Shown here piece by piece: positions 49,522 through 60,103 of a stretch of 64,000 bases of DNA. A model generated the notes under the pieces. It had not been told where the DNA came from and did no database searches. It worked only from the letters and a program-made list of their open reading frames with translations. This DNA comes from an uncultured delta proteobacterium (lineage in GTDB: Bacteria; Desulfobacterota; Desulfobacteria; Desulfobacterales; QNYZ01). Location of the stretch: contig CAWANO010000018.1 of the NCBI GenBank assembly GCA_963783425.1, forward strand, positions 6,219-70,218, read 5' to 3'. A program made the position numbers and the translations under genes. Numbering within the stretch: position 1 is the first letter of the stretch; each line of letters begins with the position of its first letter.

Positions 49522-52500
49522 ATGAAGATCTGCACAGCCTGTGGCCAGGCCATGGCCGAGTCGTTGGCGCACTGCCCGATTTGCGGAACGGTTGCTCATC
49601 AGGGACTCGACCATGTCGATGATTACAAGATCCTCGAGTTGTGTCACGAGGGTTACGACAGCATCCTGTGCCGTGCGATCAAATCCGGTGAAAAGATCCC
49701 CGTGGCTCTGCGCATCTTTACGCGCGCCGCGCCGGTGGATACGGAAATGGCCGCGCGGCTGACCGATGAGCTCAGCGAGCTTCAGCAGTTGCCCGAGGCG
49801 TATTTTGTCCGCCATCTCGACATTCGCCAATCCGCGGACGGGTTGTGGTACCGGGTCAGTGAGTGGCTCGATGTGGAAAACTGGGCCAGCCTGCTGATGT
49901 CCAGGCGTTTCAAAGAGCCACGATCCCTGCTCAAATTTTTTCAGAAGACCAGTGCCATCCTCGAAGGGCTGCACCAGATCGGCCGCACCATTCCCCATCT
50001 GACCCTGCGCGACATTATCGTTTACAAGGACCCCCAACAGCGTTTCAACGTCAAGATCGATTACAAACTGTCGCGTTTTCTCGATCCGGCTCTGGATCGA
50101 CCCGGCCCGATGCTGCAGCGGCTGCTGACGCAGCATCCGGACATTACCGGGCAGCGCCCGCTCGATGTTCGCAGTGACATCTGGTCGTTGGGTAAGGTGT
50201 TCGTGGAAATTCTAGCGGGAGATCCGGAACTCGACGATCCCAACCAGACAGTCGAGCAATTGGCGGTGCCCGAACAGGTGCGTACGCTACTGCGCATGAT
50301 GTTGGCCGACGATCCCCACTACCGCTTCGAGAGTATGGCTGATGTGACCGAAGCCCTGGCGGCCGTGCCGTTGTGGTCGCGCGATGAGGTGGCGACTGCG
50401 CCTTCGCGCCGCGAGTTGATCAATCTGCGGCGCCTGTCGGGGTGGATGCTATTGCTGCTTTTGATCGGTGTGGCCCTGGCTGTTCTGGCTTGGTTTTTTT
50501 TGATCAGCCGTGAAGACGACGAGGCCTCGCGGCTGGAGAAGATCGCCAATCGTTACGCCCCTTCGATTGCTTTCGTGATGGTGGATTTCGGGCTGCAGCT
50601 CGACCAGAAACGGGTTTACCAAAATCGTAGTGAAGGGTCGGCTTTTCTGGTCGACAACCGGGGTCACCTGATGACCAACCGCCATGTGGTTTGCCCCTGG
50701 CTGGAAGATTCAACGCTGATGCGAATGGCCGCGGCCTTTAAGAAACAGGGCAAAATCCCCCGGCTCGATTACACCATCCACCTCTGGTTTGAAGGCGATA
50801 AGGCCTTCAAGCGTTTGCCGGGTTTGACGGTCACCCGCCGCGTGGAGGATGTTTACGACCTGACGACGGCCTACCGCACCGGTGGCCTGCGCCGGGTGGA
50901 GGTGTCCGGAGTGGCGCCACCACCCACCACCACCTTCGGCCGATTCAAGTCGCCGCTAAAAAATGATTTTGCCGTGATTCAAATCACCCCAGTTCCCGAG
51001 GGCAAGCACCCCCTGCCGCTGGCTTCGACACCGGCCGCCCGAAAACCGCTGCGCCTGGCCCCGGTGATCGCTCTGGGTTTTCCCCTGGGCAGCCGCACCC
51101 TGGAGCAAAATGTCAACGTCAGCGTGACCCGTGGCCATGTGCGCCGAACCTTCGACACCATGATCCAGGTGGACACCTCCATTTACCAGGGTAATAGCGG
51201 CGGTCCGGTGATCAACGAGGAGGGGGAAGTGGTGGGCATCGCTTCGAGCGTTTACATGGAGATGGCCAGGGCGCCTTTTCCGGTGGCCACCTTGTTGTCG
51301 GATATCGGCATCGTGCTGCCCATCGAGCAGGCCGGACGGTTTTTCGAGGCGCTGTCGCGGGGCGCCGTCAAGTGGGACGGACGCATCGATTTCGAACTGG
51401 AACAGCGCTTGGCGAGGATCTATGCCCATGCCGATGCCGGCCGCTGGCAGGCCGCCCAGGCGCAAGCTATGCAGGAATTGGCCCTGAGCCGAGACCCCGG
51501 TTTGGTGCTGGCGAACGGCATCACCCACCTTCTAACCGGGGATTACGAGCGTGCGGAACAATTGATCGCCGAATCGATCTCCATGAATCCCGCCAATGAA
51601 CCGGCGGTTTTTCTGCTCTATCTCACCCAGTGGCTGGGCGGCGGGGGTATCGAGCCGGTCATTAAACAAGATCTGCTGGCGCTGGATTGGCGTTCACCCT
51701 ATGAATTTCTCGGCTACATGATCAAGATATTTGAAAAGCGTGTGGCGCTCGCTCGTGCCCTGGAAGGCGGTTACAGCCGCCTCGAGAAGGCCTGGCTGTA
51801 CTATGCGGCGGCGCTCATGGAAAGAAGTGACGGTGATATCGAAGCCGCCGAATCGCTGTTGCGAAAAGCGGCAAACCGTGTACCAGCCGAAGAGTGGCTG
51901 CAATACCTGATTCTGGTCCAATTGGAACAGGTGCGTGAGGCCCTGGCCGCCAAGTTGTCCACTGAAGCAGAGCGGGCCGATTATGAACGGCAAACGCAAA
52001 CATTGATTGAGGAGATTCGGGGCCTAATCGATGCAAGCGCCCGGCCGGAAGAGGAGCCGGCCGATATCACGGCGGATCTGGGGGAAGAGGAGGCGACCGG
52101 CATCATCGAACAGTTGCAGGCGATTTTGGATGCAGATCCCGAGCGCGTTGAGGTGCTGGTGTCACTGGCCTACGCGCATCTGCTCGAAGGAGAAGTGCAG
52201 GCGGCATTAGCGGCAACGCGACGCTATCTGGCGGTCCCGGGACGGGAGAGTGCAGGCAAACTCAGCCTGGGATTGCTGGAAGCTGTCCTGGTAGCCGGCC
52301 TGGGGCAAACCCAGGAGGCCGAGGCGCTGTTGGCCGATTTTGAAAAGAAGGTGGGCGATGCCTGGTATCGCGAGATCGCCCGATGTCTGCTGGGTGAGGT
52401 CAGTCCCGAGGCGCTGGTGCTGCAAGCGCAGAACGGGCCGGAATACATCCTCAGCGCCCACACGGCTTTGGGGCTCTGGGCGCAGGTGCATGGCGACGCG

Positions 52501-52614
52501 GCCGGCGCGCTTTTCAATTTCGAGGCGGCCCTGGCGTCCTACCTGGATGCACGCATTGAATATGTCTTTGTCCGGACGCGTGTCGAGCAACTGCGGCAGA
52601 CACTCGAATCGTAA
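49522..52614 (+). CDS. Zn-ribbon + degenerate Ser/Thr kinase domain + TM + trypsin-like serine protease + TPR-like region
   Basis: CTACG/CPICG; RSDIWSLG kinase subdomain IX; one TM; TNRHVV, DFAVI, GNSGGP triad; helical C-terminus. Confidence 0.85.
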   Translation: MKICTACGQAMAESLAHCPICGTVAHQGLDHVDDYKILELCHEGYDSILCRAIKSGEKIPVALRIFTRAAPVDTEMAARLTDELSELQQLPEAYFVRHLDIRQSADGLWYRVSEWLDVENWASLLMSRRFKEPRSLLKFFQKTSAILEGLHQIGRTIPHLTLRDIIVYKDPQQRFNVKIDYKLSRFLDPALDRPGPMLQRLLTQHPDITGQRPLDVRSDIWSLGKVFVEILAGDPELDDPNQTVEQLAVPEQVRTLLRMMLADDPHYRFESMADVTEALAAVPLWSRDEVATAPSRRELINLRRLSGWMLLLLLIGVALAVLAWFFLISREDDEASRLEKIANRYAPSIAFVMVDFGLQLDQKRVYQNRSEGSAFLVDNRGHLMTNRHVVCPWLEDSTLMRMAAAFKKQGKIPRLDYTIHLWFEGDKAFKRLPGLTVTRRVEDVYDLTTAYRTGGLRRVEVSGVAPPPTTTFGRFKSPLKNDFAVIQITPVPEGKHPLPLASTPAARKPLRLAPVIALGFPLGSRTLEQNVNVSVTRGHVRRTFDTMIQVDTSIYQGNSGGPVINEEGEVVGIASSVYMEMARAPFPVATLLSDIGIVLPIEQAGRFFEALSRGAVKWDGRIDFELEQRLARIYAHADAGRWQAAQAQAMQELALSRDPGLVLANGITHLLTGDYERAEQLIAESISMNPANEPAVFLLYLTQWLGGGGIEPVIKQDLLALDWRSPYEFLGYMIKIFEKRVALARALEGGYSRLEKAWLYYAAALMERSDGDIEAAESLLRKAANRVPAEEWLQYLILVQLEQVREALAAKLSTEAERADYERQTQTLIEEIRGLIDASARPEEEPADITADLGEEEATGIIEQLQAILDADPERVEVLVSLAYAHLLEGEVQAALAATRRYLAVPGRESAGKLSLGLLEAVLVAGLGQTQEAEALLADFEKKVGDAWYREIARCLLGEVSPEALVLQAQNGPEYILSAHTALGLWAQVHGDAAGALFNFEAALASYLDARIEYVFVRTRVEQLRQTLES

Positions 52615-52649
52615 CGGCCTCCGCACAACGAGCACGTTGTTTCGCTGAT

Positions 52650-54032
52650 CTACCGGTGTCGTAAGAACACCATCTCCGACACTTCCGCTATCATTTTTTC
52701 CCCTTGGGTCAGCGCCACATGCACACGGGCGATGCGGCCTTGTGTGTCGATAACGCGCGCCGTGGCGGTCACATCCTGGGCGGGATCGGCTGCGTTTAGA
52801 AATTGAATGTCGCAATTTAGCGGCAAACCGACATGGCCCAGGGAGTTGGCAACGGCCGCCATGGTCTGCTCGGCCAGCGTATAGAGCGCGCCTGTGTGAG
52901 CGTACCCCAAAAAGTTCACCGTTTGTGCCGAACCGGGCAAGCGTGCCGTGGCGCGGCCGGCTTCGAATTCGGTGAACTGAATCGATAATGCCCGTGACAG
53001 CGGCGATGCCTCGATGGCCTGCCGCAATTTTTCCAAACCCCCCTTCTTTATGGCGGTTCGGACCGTTTTCGGCTCGCTGCCCGCATCGGTTACCTTCAGT
53101 TTTTGACAGTTTCGTTCCTCAACGCCCCGGGTCAGCCAGGAGACGGCCTCATTGAAAGGGGTGGGGATATTGAAGCGGCGCCCTTCGGATACGATCACTT
53201 CGTTGAGATTGCCGATCTCGGTGGGGCGCCCGGCCTCGACGTCCTGAAGCATGGAGACGCGATTGTCTTTGGTGGAGGCGAAGGCTTTCAACGAAAATTC
53301 GAGAGGATCATCCAATTCGGGCAGGTCGATGCCCTTGGCGCGGGCTACCCGGCTCAGCTCCAGGGACAAGGCTTCGATGATTTTGACCGTCGGTTCATGT
53401 TTCACGGCGATACCGCCGGTCAGGCCGGTGAGCGCGGCCACCACATTGGTGGAGACATTGGCGATCAGCTTCTTCCAAATGACGCTGTTGATGTCGGCCG
53501 TGGGGTGCACATCCAGGCCCGAGGCTTGGAGCTGCGCGACCATCTGTACAAAGCCCGGACGAGAGACGCCATCGTAGGGCCCGATCACCAGCAAGGGGCC
53601 GAGACCGCCCACATAGCGCACCTCGTTCATGCTCACCGGCATGCCCGAATGGGCTGTGATACCGCCGATCACCCGCTGCGGCCCCACGGTCTCGGCGATG
53701 GTTTCCAGATTCCCGAGGCCGTTTTGTACGGAAAGCACGATGGTGTCATCGCCGATCATGGGCAGGGCGCTCTCGATGGCGTTGCGGGTGTGGTAGCCTT
53801 TGACGGCGATCATCACCACATCTTTAACGCCCACCTCACCGACGTCAGCGGTGATGGCGATTTTTGAATGGGTGCGCTCGCCATCGGGCCACTGAATCCA
53901 CAAGCCCTCTTTGTCGATCAGGCGAACCCGCTCCTTGAGCACCTCGATCAGGGTTACGCCAAAGCCTTTTTGCAGAAAAAGGCCGCCGAAAATGGATCCC
54001 AAAATGCCGGCACCGACGATTGCGATTTCCAT
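52650..54032 (-). CDS. Ketopantoate-reductase-family protein fused to a C-terminal PaaI-like hotdog domain
   Basis: IVGAGILG, VQNGLGN, WKKLIAN, SMLQDVEAGRPTEI; C-terminal NFLGYAHTGALYTLAE hotdog motif. Confidence 0.85.
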   Translation of the reverse strand: MEIAIVGAGILGSIFGGLFLQKGFGVTLIEVLKERVRLIDKEGLWIQWPDGERTHSKIAITADVGEVGVKDVVMIAVKGYHTRNAIESALPMIGDDTIVLSVQNGLGNLETIAETVGPQRVIGGITAHSGMPVSMNEVRYVGGLGPLLVIGPYDGVSRPGFVQMVAQLQASGLDVHPTADINSVIWKKLIANVSTNVVAALTGLTGGIAVKHEPTVKIIEALSLELSRVARAKGIDLPELDDPLEFSLKAFASTKDNRVSMLQDVEAGRPTEIGNLNEVIVSEGRRFNIPTPFNEAVSWLTRGVEERNCQKLKVTDAGSEPKTVRTAIKKGGLEKLRQAIEASPLSRALSIQFTEFEAGRATARLPGSAQTVNFLGYAHTGALYTLAEQTMAAVANSLGHVGLPLNCDIQFLNAADPAQDVTATARVIDTQGRIARVHVALTQGEKMIAEVSEMVFLRHR

Positions 54033-54104
54033 AGGTCATCTCCTCAAAAAATTACAGTGGTTGGCCGAAAATGCGACGCTGACGCCTTGCTCCCGACACG
54101 CATG

Positions 54105-54806
54105 TTATTGTTGGTTGGTGTCGATCTTGCGAATCTCGGCGATGTGCATGGCCGGATAGACTCCGGTGGGGCAGACTCTGCTGCAGGCCAGGTGGCGCCG
54201 GCAGTGCCTTTCGCCGCGCTCGCCTCTGGCGAGTTCCAACAGTTGCGGCCATTTTTGCGGTGATTTCATCATTTCGCGGTGGATTGCCGCCAGGGCCGCC
54301 GGTCCCAGGAAATTCGAATTGCGCTGCGCGGGCGGGCAAGCCGAGACACAACTGCCGCACTCGATGCAGTTTTCAAGCGTTTGCACTGTGATGGATTTGC
54401 CCGAGTCAACCCGCAATAGCGACCACTCCATCGTTTGCAAGCCGCTCCATTGATCACTGAAATCTTCAAAAAACAGGTTCATCTCCACGGCCAGATCACC
54501 GGCGGATGGAAAGCCCTTCAGCGGGGTGATGGTTAAGGCGTTGTCTTCGAAAGTTGCGATAGGCGTGGTGCAGGCCAGGGCTTCCTGGCCGTTGATCACA
54601 CAGGCACAGGTGCCGCAGGAGGCGTGGTGACAGGAGTGGCGATACATCAGGGTGTGATCTTGCTGCAGACGAATCTGTTCGAGGCAGTCGAGCACTGTTA
54701 CGTGGGGTCCTGCAAGCACCCGGTAGCTTTGAAACCGGGCGGGATCGATCACGCCGGGTTTATAACGCAATATCTTAACGGTGATGGTTTTGGGTGCTGG
54801 GGTCAT
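54105..54806 (-). CDS. SdhB/FrdB-like iron-sulfur subunit
   Basis: SCHHASCGTC...C [2Fe-2S], CIECGSCVSACP, GPAAL, C...ACSRVCP. Confidence 0.88.
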   Translation of the reverse strand: MTPAPKTITVKILRYKPGVIDPARFQSYRVLAGPHVTVLDCLEQIRLQQDHTLMYRHSCHHASCGTCACVINGQEALACTTPIATFEDNALTITPLKGFPSAGDLAVEMNLFFEDFSDQWSGLQTMEWSLLRVDSGKSITVQTLENCIECGSCVSACPPAQRNSNFLGPAALAAIHREMMKSPQKWPQLLELARGERGERHCRRHLACSRVCPTGVYPAMHIAEIRKIDTNQQ

Positions 54807-54844
54807 CGTGTCACCTATGCCTGTTTCAAAACGTTTCAGTGATC

Positions 54845-56026
54845 TCAGCCACCCGCACTATAAAACCGGCGGTAGTGCGTCAGCCGGGTTATGCGGGTGC
54901 GGCAGGGAATGTCGCGGCCGGTTTTGGCGTTAATCAGGTCGCCGGTACGTTCGGCCATACCCCGCATGGTAGTGGCTTTGCCGCCCAAGACAGAGACGAA
55001 GCCCTCGATGCCGTCTTCGGCCGCATGGTCAATGCAATCAAAGGTTCGGCTGATTTTTGAGGGGTCCTGGGCGCTGTCGCGCACGATCAGCGGGCGTGAG
55101 GCGCACCAGGCGGCATGAACAGGCATAGTCGCGACCTTGGGCACCATCATGGCGCATGCATCAACGATGCGCCTGACATGACCGCCGGGCATTTGCACTT
55201 GGTCGGGATCATCAGCGAGCCAGACGGTGGTGCCCAACAGAGACTGATTGCGTTGGGGGACGACAATGTCGCCCTCGCCGGCGGGGTGCAGGCGGTTGAT
55301 CACTGCGCGGGTTAGGCGGCGGGCGATGCTCACCATAACACCGGGGGCCGGTTTTACAGGCAGGCCGATGCCGAGCAGGGCGGCCACTTTGTGCGCCCAT
55401 GGACCGGCGGCATTGACAACGATGTCGCCCCGCTGAACATAGCTGCGATGGGTGCGGTGATCGAAGACTTTTACCCCCATGGCCTGGTGTTCGTTGCGCA
55501 CAATGGCGGTTACCTCCGAAAATTGGCGGATGTCGGCACCGTTGGTACGGGCAGTGGCGAAAAAGTGCATGGCCAGCCGCCAGGCATCCATGGTGGCGTC
55601 GGGCACTTCAACGGCCGCTAACAGTATGGGGCTCAATTCGGGTTCCATCTGGCGAGCCCGCGACACTGAAAGCCCTCTGGCCGGGATTCCCGCCAAGTGG
55701 CAGCGATGCAGGAAATCGTCCTGGTAGGCGCGGTCTGCCTCGCCAACGGCAACAAAAAGGCCATCGTTTTGCTCGAGCCCCTGGGGGGCGATTTGCCGCA
55801 AGAACTGATTTTCGGTCCAGCACTCCCGGGCTGCCTCAAGGTCGTGCAGCGCGTAGCGGGCGCCGCTGTGCAGCAAACCGTGATGGCGACCGGTGCTGCC
55901 CGAAAGCAGTGGTCCGCGTTCAAACAGCGTGACCGGTAGCCGCTAAGGGTGAGGTCGTGGGCGATGGCACCGCCAATGCCCCCGCCGATGATGATGAACG
56001 ATGTCCACTTAACGGTTTGGTTGCAT
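54845..56026 (-). CDS. Short GlpA-like FAD-dependent oxidoreductase; 5' end frameshifted
   Basis: STGRHHGLLHSGARYA, VVNAAGPWA, GGKATTMRGMAE; IIGGG...AIAHDL recognisable upstream in shifted frames; no C-terminal Cys domain. Confidence 0.8.
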
Positions 56027-56039
56027 GGCTCGTTTGAGA

Positions 56040-57196
56040 ATGTCGATGATCACATGGGTCGTCGAGCGGCACGGGATTGGCGCGTCATGCTGCTGGCGTT
56101 GCGGGCGTTTTCAGCCACCAATTTGGGCATCCTGACGGTGCAAGGCCAAGACTGACAGCATCGGCAATCAAGGGTTACGCTGCAAGCGCTTAAGCCAGCG
56201 CGGTGCGTCACCATTGTGGCTGTCGCTTTGCCGGTAAGAAGCCTGGCGGCTTCGGCAAAGCGATCCCCGTAAATCGGTCGCTCATTGGGGAGACCTCGAC
56301 AAGCAGGCGGGCGTTGGTTTCAAATACGGCGCCAGCAGTGCGGCGCAAATCATGCCATGGGGCATTGCGGCTTGCAGCCGCCCAAAGGGCCGGCGATGCC
56401 ATGCACGGCCCCCAGCCCGCCATTGGCCAGACGCCAGGCCGCTGAAAAGGCTGGCAAGGGCCATCGAGGTGCGTGCTCGACATATCGCCCCCGTGATAGG
56501 CCACCGCCAGGGCGCGGGCCGCAAGAGCGGTATGCCCTGCCTGCAAAAGGCGTCCGTCAAGGGGTTGGCTTTGCGCGAGACGAACGCTTCGACCAGCTGC
56601 GTGAGTGCATCCATGCCGGTGCGGCGGTGAGGAGGGGTGGCAGTGTTAGACGTGAGCAATGGGGATCGACCACTGCCAGGCGCGGTAGCATATGGGGCTG
56701 CGCAAGGCTTACTTTATGCCGATGTCGCGGAGGCCGAAATACGGCGTTGCGGGTCACTTCCGCGCCAGTGCCGGCGGTGGTGGGAATGGCAATGCATGGC
56801 CAGCAGGGATTTTCGAGGGCGCGGCCCGCCTCCGATGACCTCCAGATAATCAGCGATCGTCCGCATTGTTGCCAGAGCGGCGATGGCTTTCCCGCGTCGA
56901 TGACACTGCCGCCGCCCAATGCCAGGACCATGTCACAGCCGCCTGACGCGCGCAAGAGCAGCCCCTTTTCCACCAGGACGTGTCCGGCTCGCCCTCAACT
57001 TCAATAAAGTAACGCTTTGCGCCTCTCTTTTTTGGATTTGCAGCAGCCCGGAGTGGCGACTGATGAATATCAGCCGCACACCACCAGAGGCGGATGCCGT
57101 AGCGTTCATTCGGTCCAGGACCGTCCGGGCCCGACCCGGGCCAAAAGGGATTTGTCCGGCGCGCGAATGGAAAATTACATTCGTTTTGAGGGTCAT
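56040..57196 (-). CDS. Iron-containing alcohol dehydrogenase, heavily frameshifted; ends approximate
   Basis: LGGGSVIDAGK, AIPTTAGTGAEVTRNAV, AVVDP, GMDALTQLVEAFVS, PHGMICAALL in different frames. Confidence 0.8.
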
Positions 57197-58709
57197 TAGT
57201 CGCATCCAATTATAGGTTCTCTGTACCGCTTTTTGCCACATCGCGTAACCTTGCTCGCGTTGCTCCTCATCCCATCGGGACGACCAGGTCGCGATCCTTT
57301 TTCCAGTTTCGGCGCAGCTCATCCATGCCGGTCCAAAAGCCTACGGCCACCCGGCGGCATAGGCGGCGCCTAAGGCGGTGGTTTCGGTAATCTTCGGGCT
57401 GCACCACCGGCACATTAAGGATATCGGCCTGAATCTGCAGAAGAGTTCGTTGGCCGCCATGCCGCCGTCGACGCTGTAGTTGTTTCAGCGCTACGCCGGA
57501 ATCACGGTTGATGGCTTCAACGATATCGCGGGTCTGATACGCCGCCGCTTCCAGCACGGCGCGCGCCAGATGCCCTTTGTTGACAAAGCGGGTTAGCCCC
57601 ACAATGCGTACCCCGCGCATCGGCCCGCCAGTATGGGGCAAACAGGCCTGAAAAGGCCGGCACGATATAGGCGCCGCCATTGTTATCGACCGTTTTGGCC
57701 AGCGCTTCGATTCGAGGCGCGCTGTCGATGATCCCGAGGTTGTCGCGCATCCACTGCACCAGCGCTCCGGTAATGGCCATGGAGCCTTCCAGGCAGTAGA
57801 CGGGTGGTTCACCACTGATCTGATAGCGCACCGTGGTGAGCAGCCGTGCTGGGAAGCGACCGCTTCGGTCCGGTATTAGCAACAGTAAAAACACCCGGTG
57901 CCGTAGGTGTTTTTCGCCTCGCCGAGCTCGAAGCAGGCCTGGCCCACCAGGGCGGCCTGCTGATCGCCCAGCGCCCCGCATACCGGAACCGTAGGCCCAG
58001 GGGTCCATCTTTCAAGGTGTGGCCCCAGGTGTTCTTGTCCATGGAGGGCACAATCCGAGGTAAAATCTGCGCGGGGTAGCCAGCACCGCGTCCAGAATCT
58101 CATCGTCCCATCTCGAGGGTGGCCAGATTCATCAGCAAGGTGCGGCTGGCGTTGGTCACATCGCTGACATGGGCGCCGCCGGGGCCCGCCGGTCAGCCAC
58201 CATATGATCCAGGTCTCGATCGTGCCGAACAGGGCCTGGCCTTTTTCCGCGCCACTGCGGGCGGCGGGGATGTTATCCAGTATCCAGCGAATTTTGGGGC
58301 CTGAAAAATAGGTCGCCAGGGGGAGACCGGTCTGTGGGCGGAAGCGATCCTTGCCGCCTTCGATAGCGAGTGATTGCAGATAGCGGCGCTACGCATACAC
58401 TGCCAGACAATAGCGTTGCAATAGGGTCGGACCGTTACGGCGATCCCACATGACCGTGGTTTCGCGCTGGTTGGTAATGCCAATGGCCGCCAGATTGCGG
58501 CCGGAAAGGTTGCTTTTGGCCAGGGCGCCGCGAATCACCGCTTGGCAGTTGCGCCAGATCTCCATGGGGTCATGTTCCACCCAGCCCGGCTGGGGGAAAA
58601 TCTGTTCGTGTTCCATCTGATCTATACCGACGATTGCGCCTTGGCGGTCAAAAATGATGAAACGATTACTGGTGGTGCCCAGGTCAAGGGCGCCGACGTA
58701 GTGATCCAT
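57196..58709 (-). CDS. glpK: Glycerol kinase, heavily frameshifted
   Basis: [73 protein letters not shown] across frames. Confidence 0.9.
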
Positions 58710-58801
58710 TTTTCCCTCCGCTTGGTGAAGTTACATGGAAAGCTTCCGATTCAATTGTGGCTTATTTTACCATTAGGGGCCAGGTTTCTTTATATCATAT
58801 C

Positions 58802-60103
58802 CTACTGTGCCACAGCCTTCAGACAGTCGCGCGCGAAATGTTTTACCGCGCTGTATGCCGTGGTGATGGCCAATCCGGAGCCGCATTTCATACGTACCCA
58901 GTCCTGATGGGCCAGAATCGATCCGGCGGCAAACAGATTGGGCAGGATGACCTGGCCTTTTTTGTTGGTCGGCCGCAGGTGTTTATCGGTTTCGACACCG
59001 GCACGGTTGATGGGGTGGCCGCCATGATCGAACAGGGCTTTGGTATGCCAGCCGGCCCGGTTGGAAGGCTGATGTACCGGCAGGTCGAAAATGGTTTCGC
59101 GAACCGCGCGGCGGTCGGCCTCGAGCCCGCGCCCGAAAAAACGGCCGCTGGCCAAGATCGCGCCCCTGGCGTGGACGATGGCATTGGGTTCCTGAAACCC
59201 GATTTCAAGCTCTATCCGGTTGTGCTCGTGGCGTAACACGCGCAATACCTTCTGCTGGGCGAAGAGGCGCACGTCCCGTCCGGGCAGGTTTTGTTCGAAA
59301 ACGTGGCGCAGCCGCATGCCACTAATCGCCGGCGGCATGGTGGGGATTTCGAAAAGCGGCTTCTCCAACAGCTTTTGAAGCTCGTTGAAGACCGTGTATG
59401 GGCGGTAGAGGCCAAGCACCGCCGGCAGAGCCACATAGCTCGCGTTGCTCAAGTGGGGTCGAATGGCCTCGGCCAACAAGGTGCGGTTTTCAGGCGCTTC
59501 CAAAAGCAGAGCCATCTGTTCCGGGTAAAGATCACCGGGTCGTGAGCCAGGAAATTCAAGCCGGCAGGGCTTGAGCTGTGGCCAGCTCGCACTGAGGCTT
59601 TGTGAAATCTGCACGGCACTAAACCCCTTCAATCCCTTGAAGTCGACAATCAGGCAACCGGCCTTGTCCGCAAGCGCTTTGATACCGTGAAAGCATGATC
59701 GGGGGATAGCGTAGGTCGTTTTTTCGGTTCCGATGGGGGTGATGAGGCGCAGGTTGCGCTCTGGGCTACAAAAGTATGGTAGCCCGTTTTGTTCGAGAAA
59801 TTGCAACAGAGATGTGAATGCAGCCCGCATGTCCGCGGGTTGGAGTCGACCATAAGGGTGAGCGGGATGTTCTGTTACCAGTGCATCGATGGCTTGCCAG
59901 GGGTCGTCGTACACACGGGTCGGGTCGCTTGGGCAGACACCCATCAGGTCCAGTAGCCCGCTGGCGAAATTCAACTCGGAAGTCATGCCGACCTGAACCG
60001 TGTCGATGCCGCGCAGGGCTGCGAAAAGCGCGGCGGCCATGCCGGTCATGCCGGTGCCGATGACGATCAAGTCGCAGGTGTGGACAGGCAGATTCGATTT
60101 CAT
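58802..60103 (-). CDS. glpB: Anaerobic glycerol-3-phosphate dehydrogenase subunit B
   Basis: VIGTGMTG, FASGLLD, EIPTMPPAISGMRL, LASGRFFGRGL, ETIFDLPV, NLFAAGSIL, CGSGLAI. Confidence 0.92.
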   Translation of the reverse strand: MKSNLPVHTCDLIVIGTGMTGMAAALFAALRGIDTVQVGMTSELNFASGLLDLMGVCPSDPTRVYDDPWQAIDALVTEHPAHPYGRLQPADMRAAFTSLLQFLEQNGLPYFCSPERNLRLITPIGTEKTTYAIPRSCFHGIKALADKAGCLIVDFKGLKGFSAVQISQSLSASWPQLKPCRLEFPGSRPGDLYPEQMALLLEAPENRTLLAEAIRPHLSNASYVALPAVLGLYRPYTVFNELQKLLEKPLFEIPTMPPAISGMRLRHVFEQNLPGRDVRLFAQQKVLRVLRHEHNRIELEIGFQEPNAIVHARGAILASGRFFGRGLEADRRAVRETIFDLPVHQPSNRAGWHTKALFDHGGHPINRAGVETDKHLRPTNKKGQVILPNLFAAGSILAHQDWVRMKCGSGLAITTAYSAVKHFARDCLKAVAQ

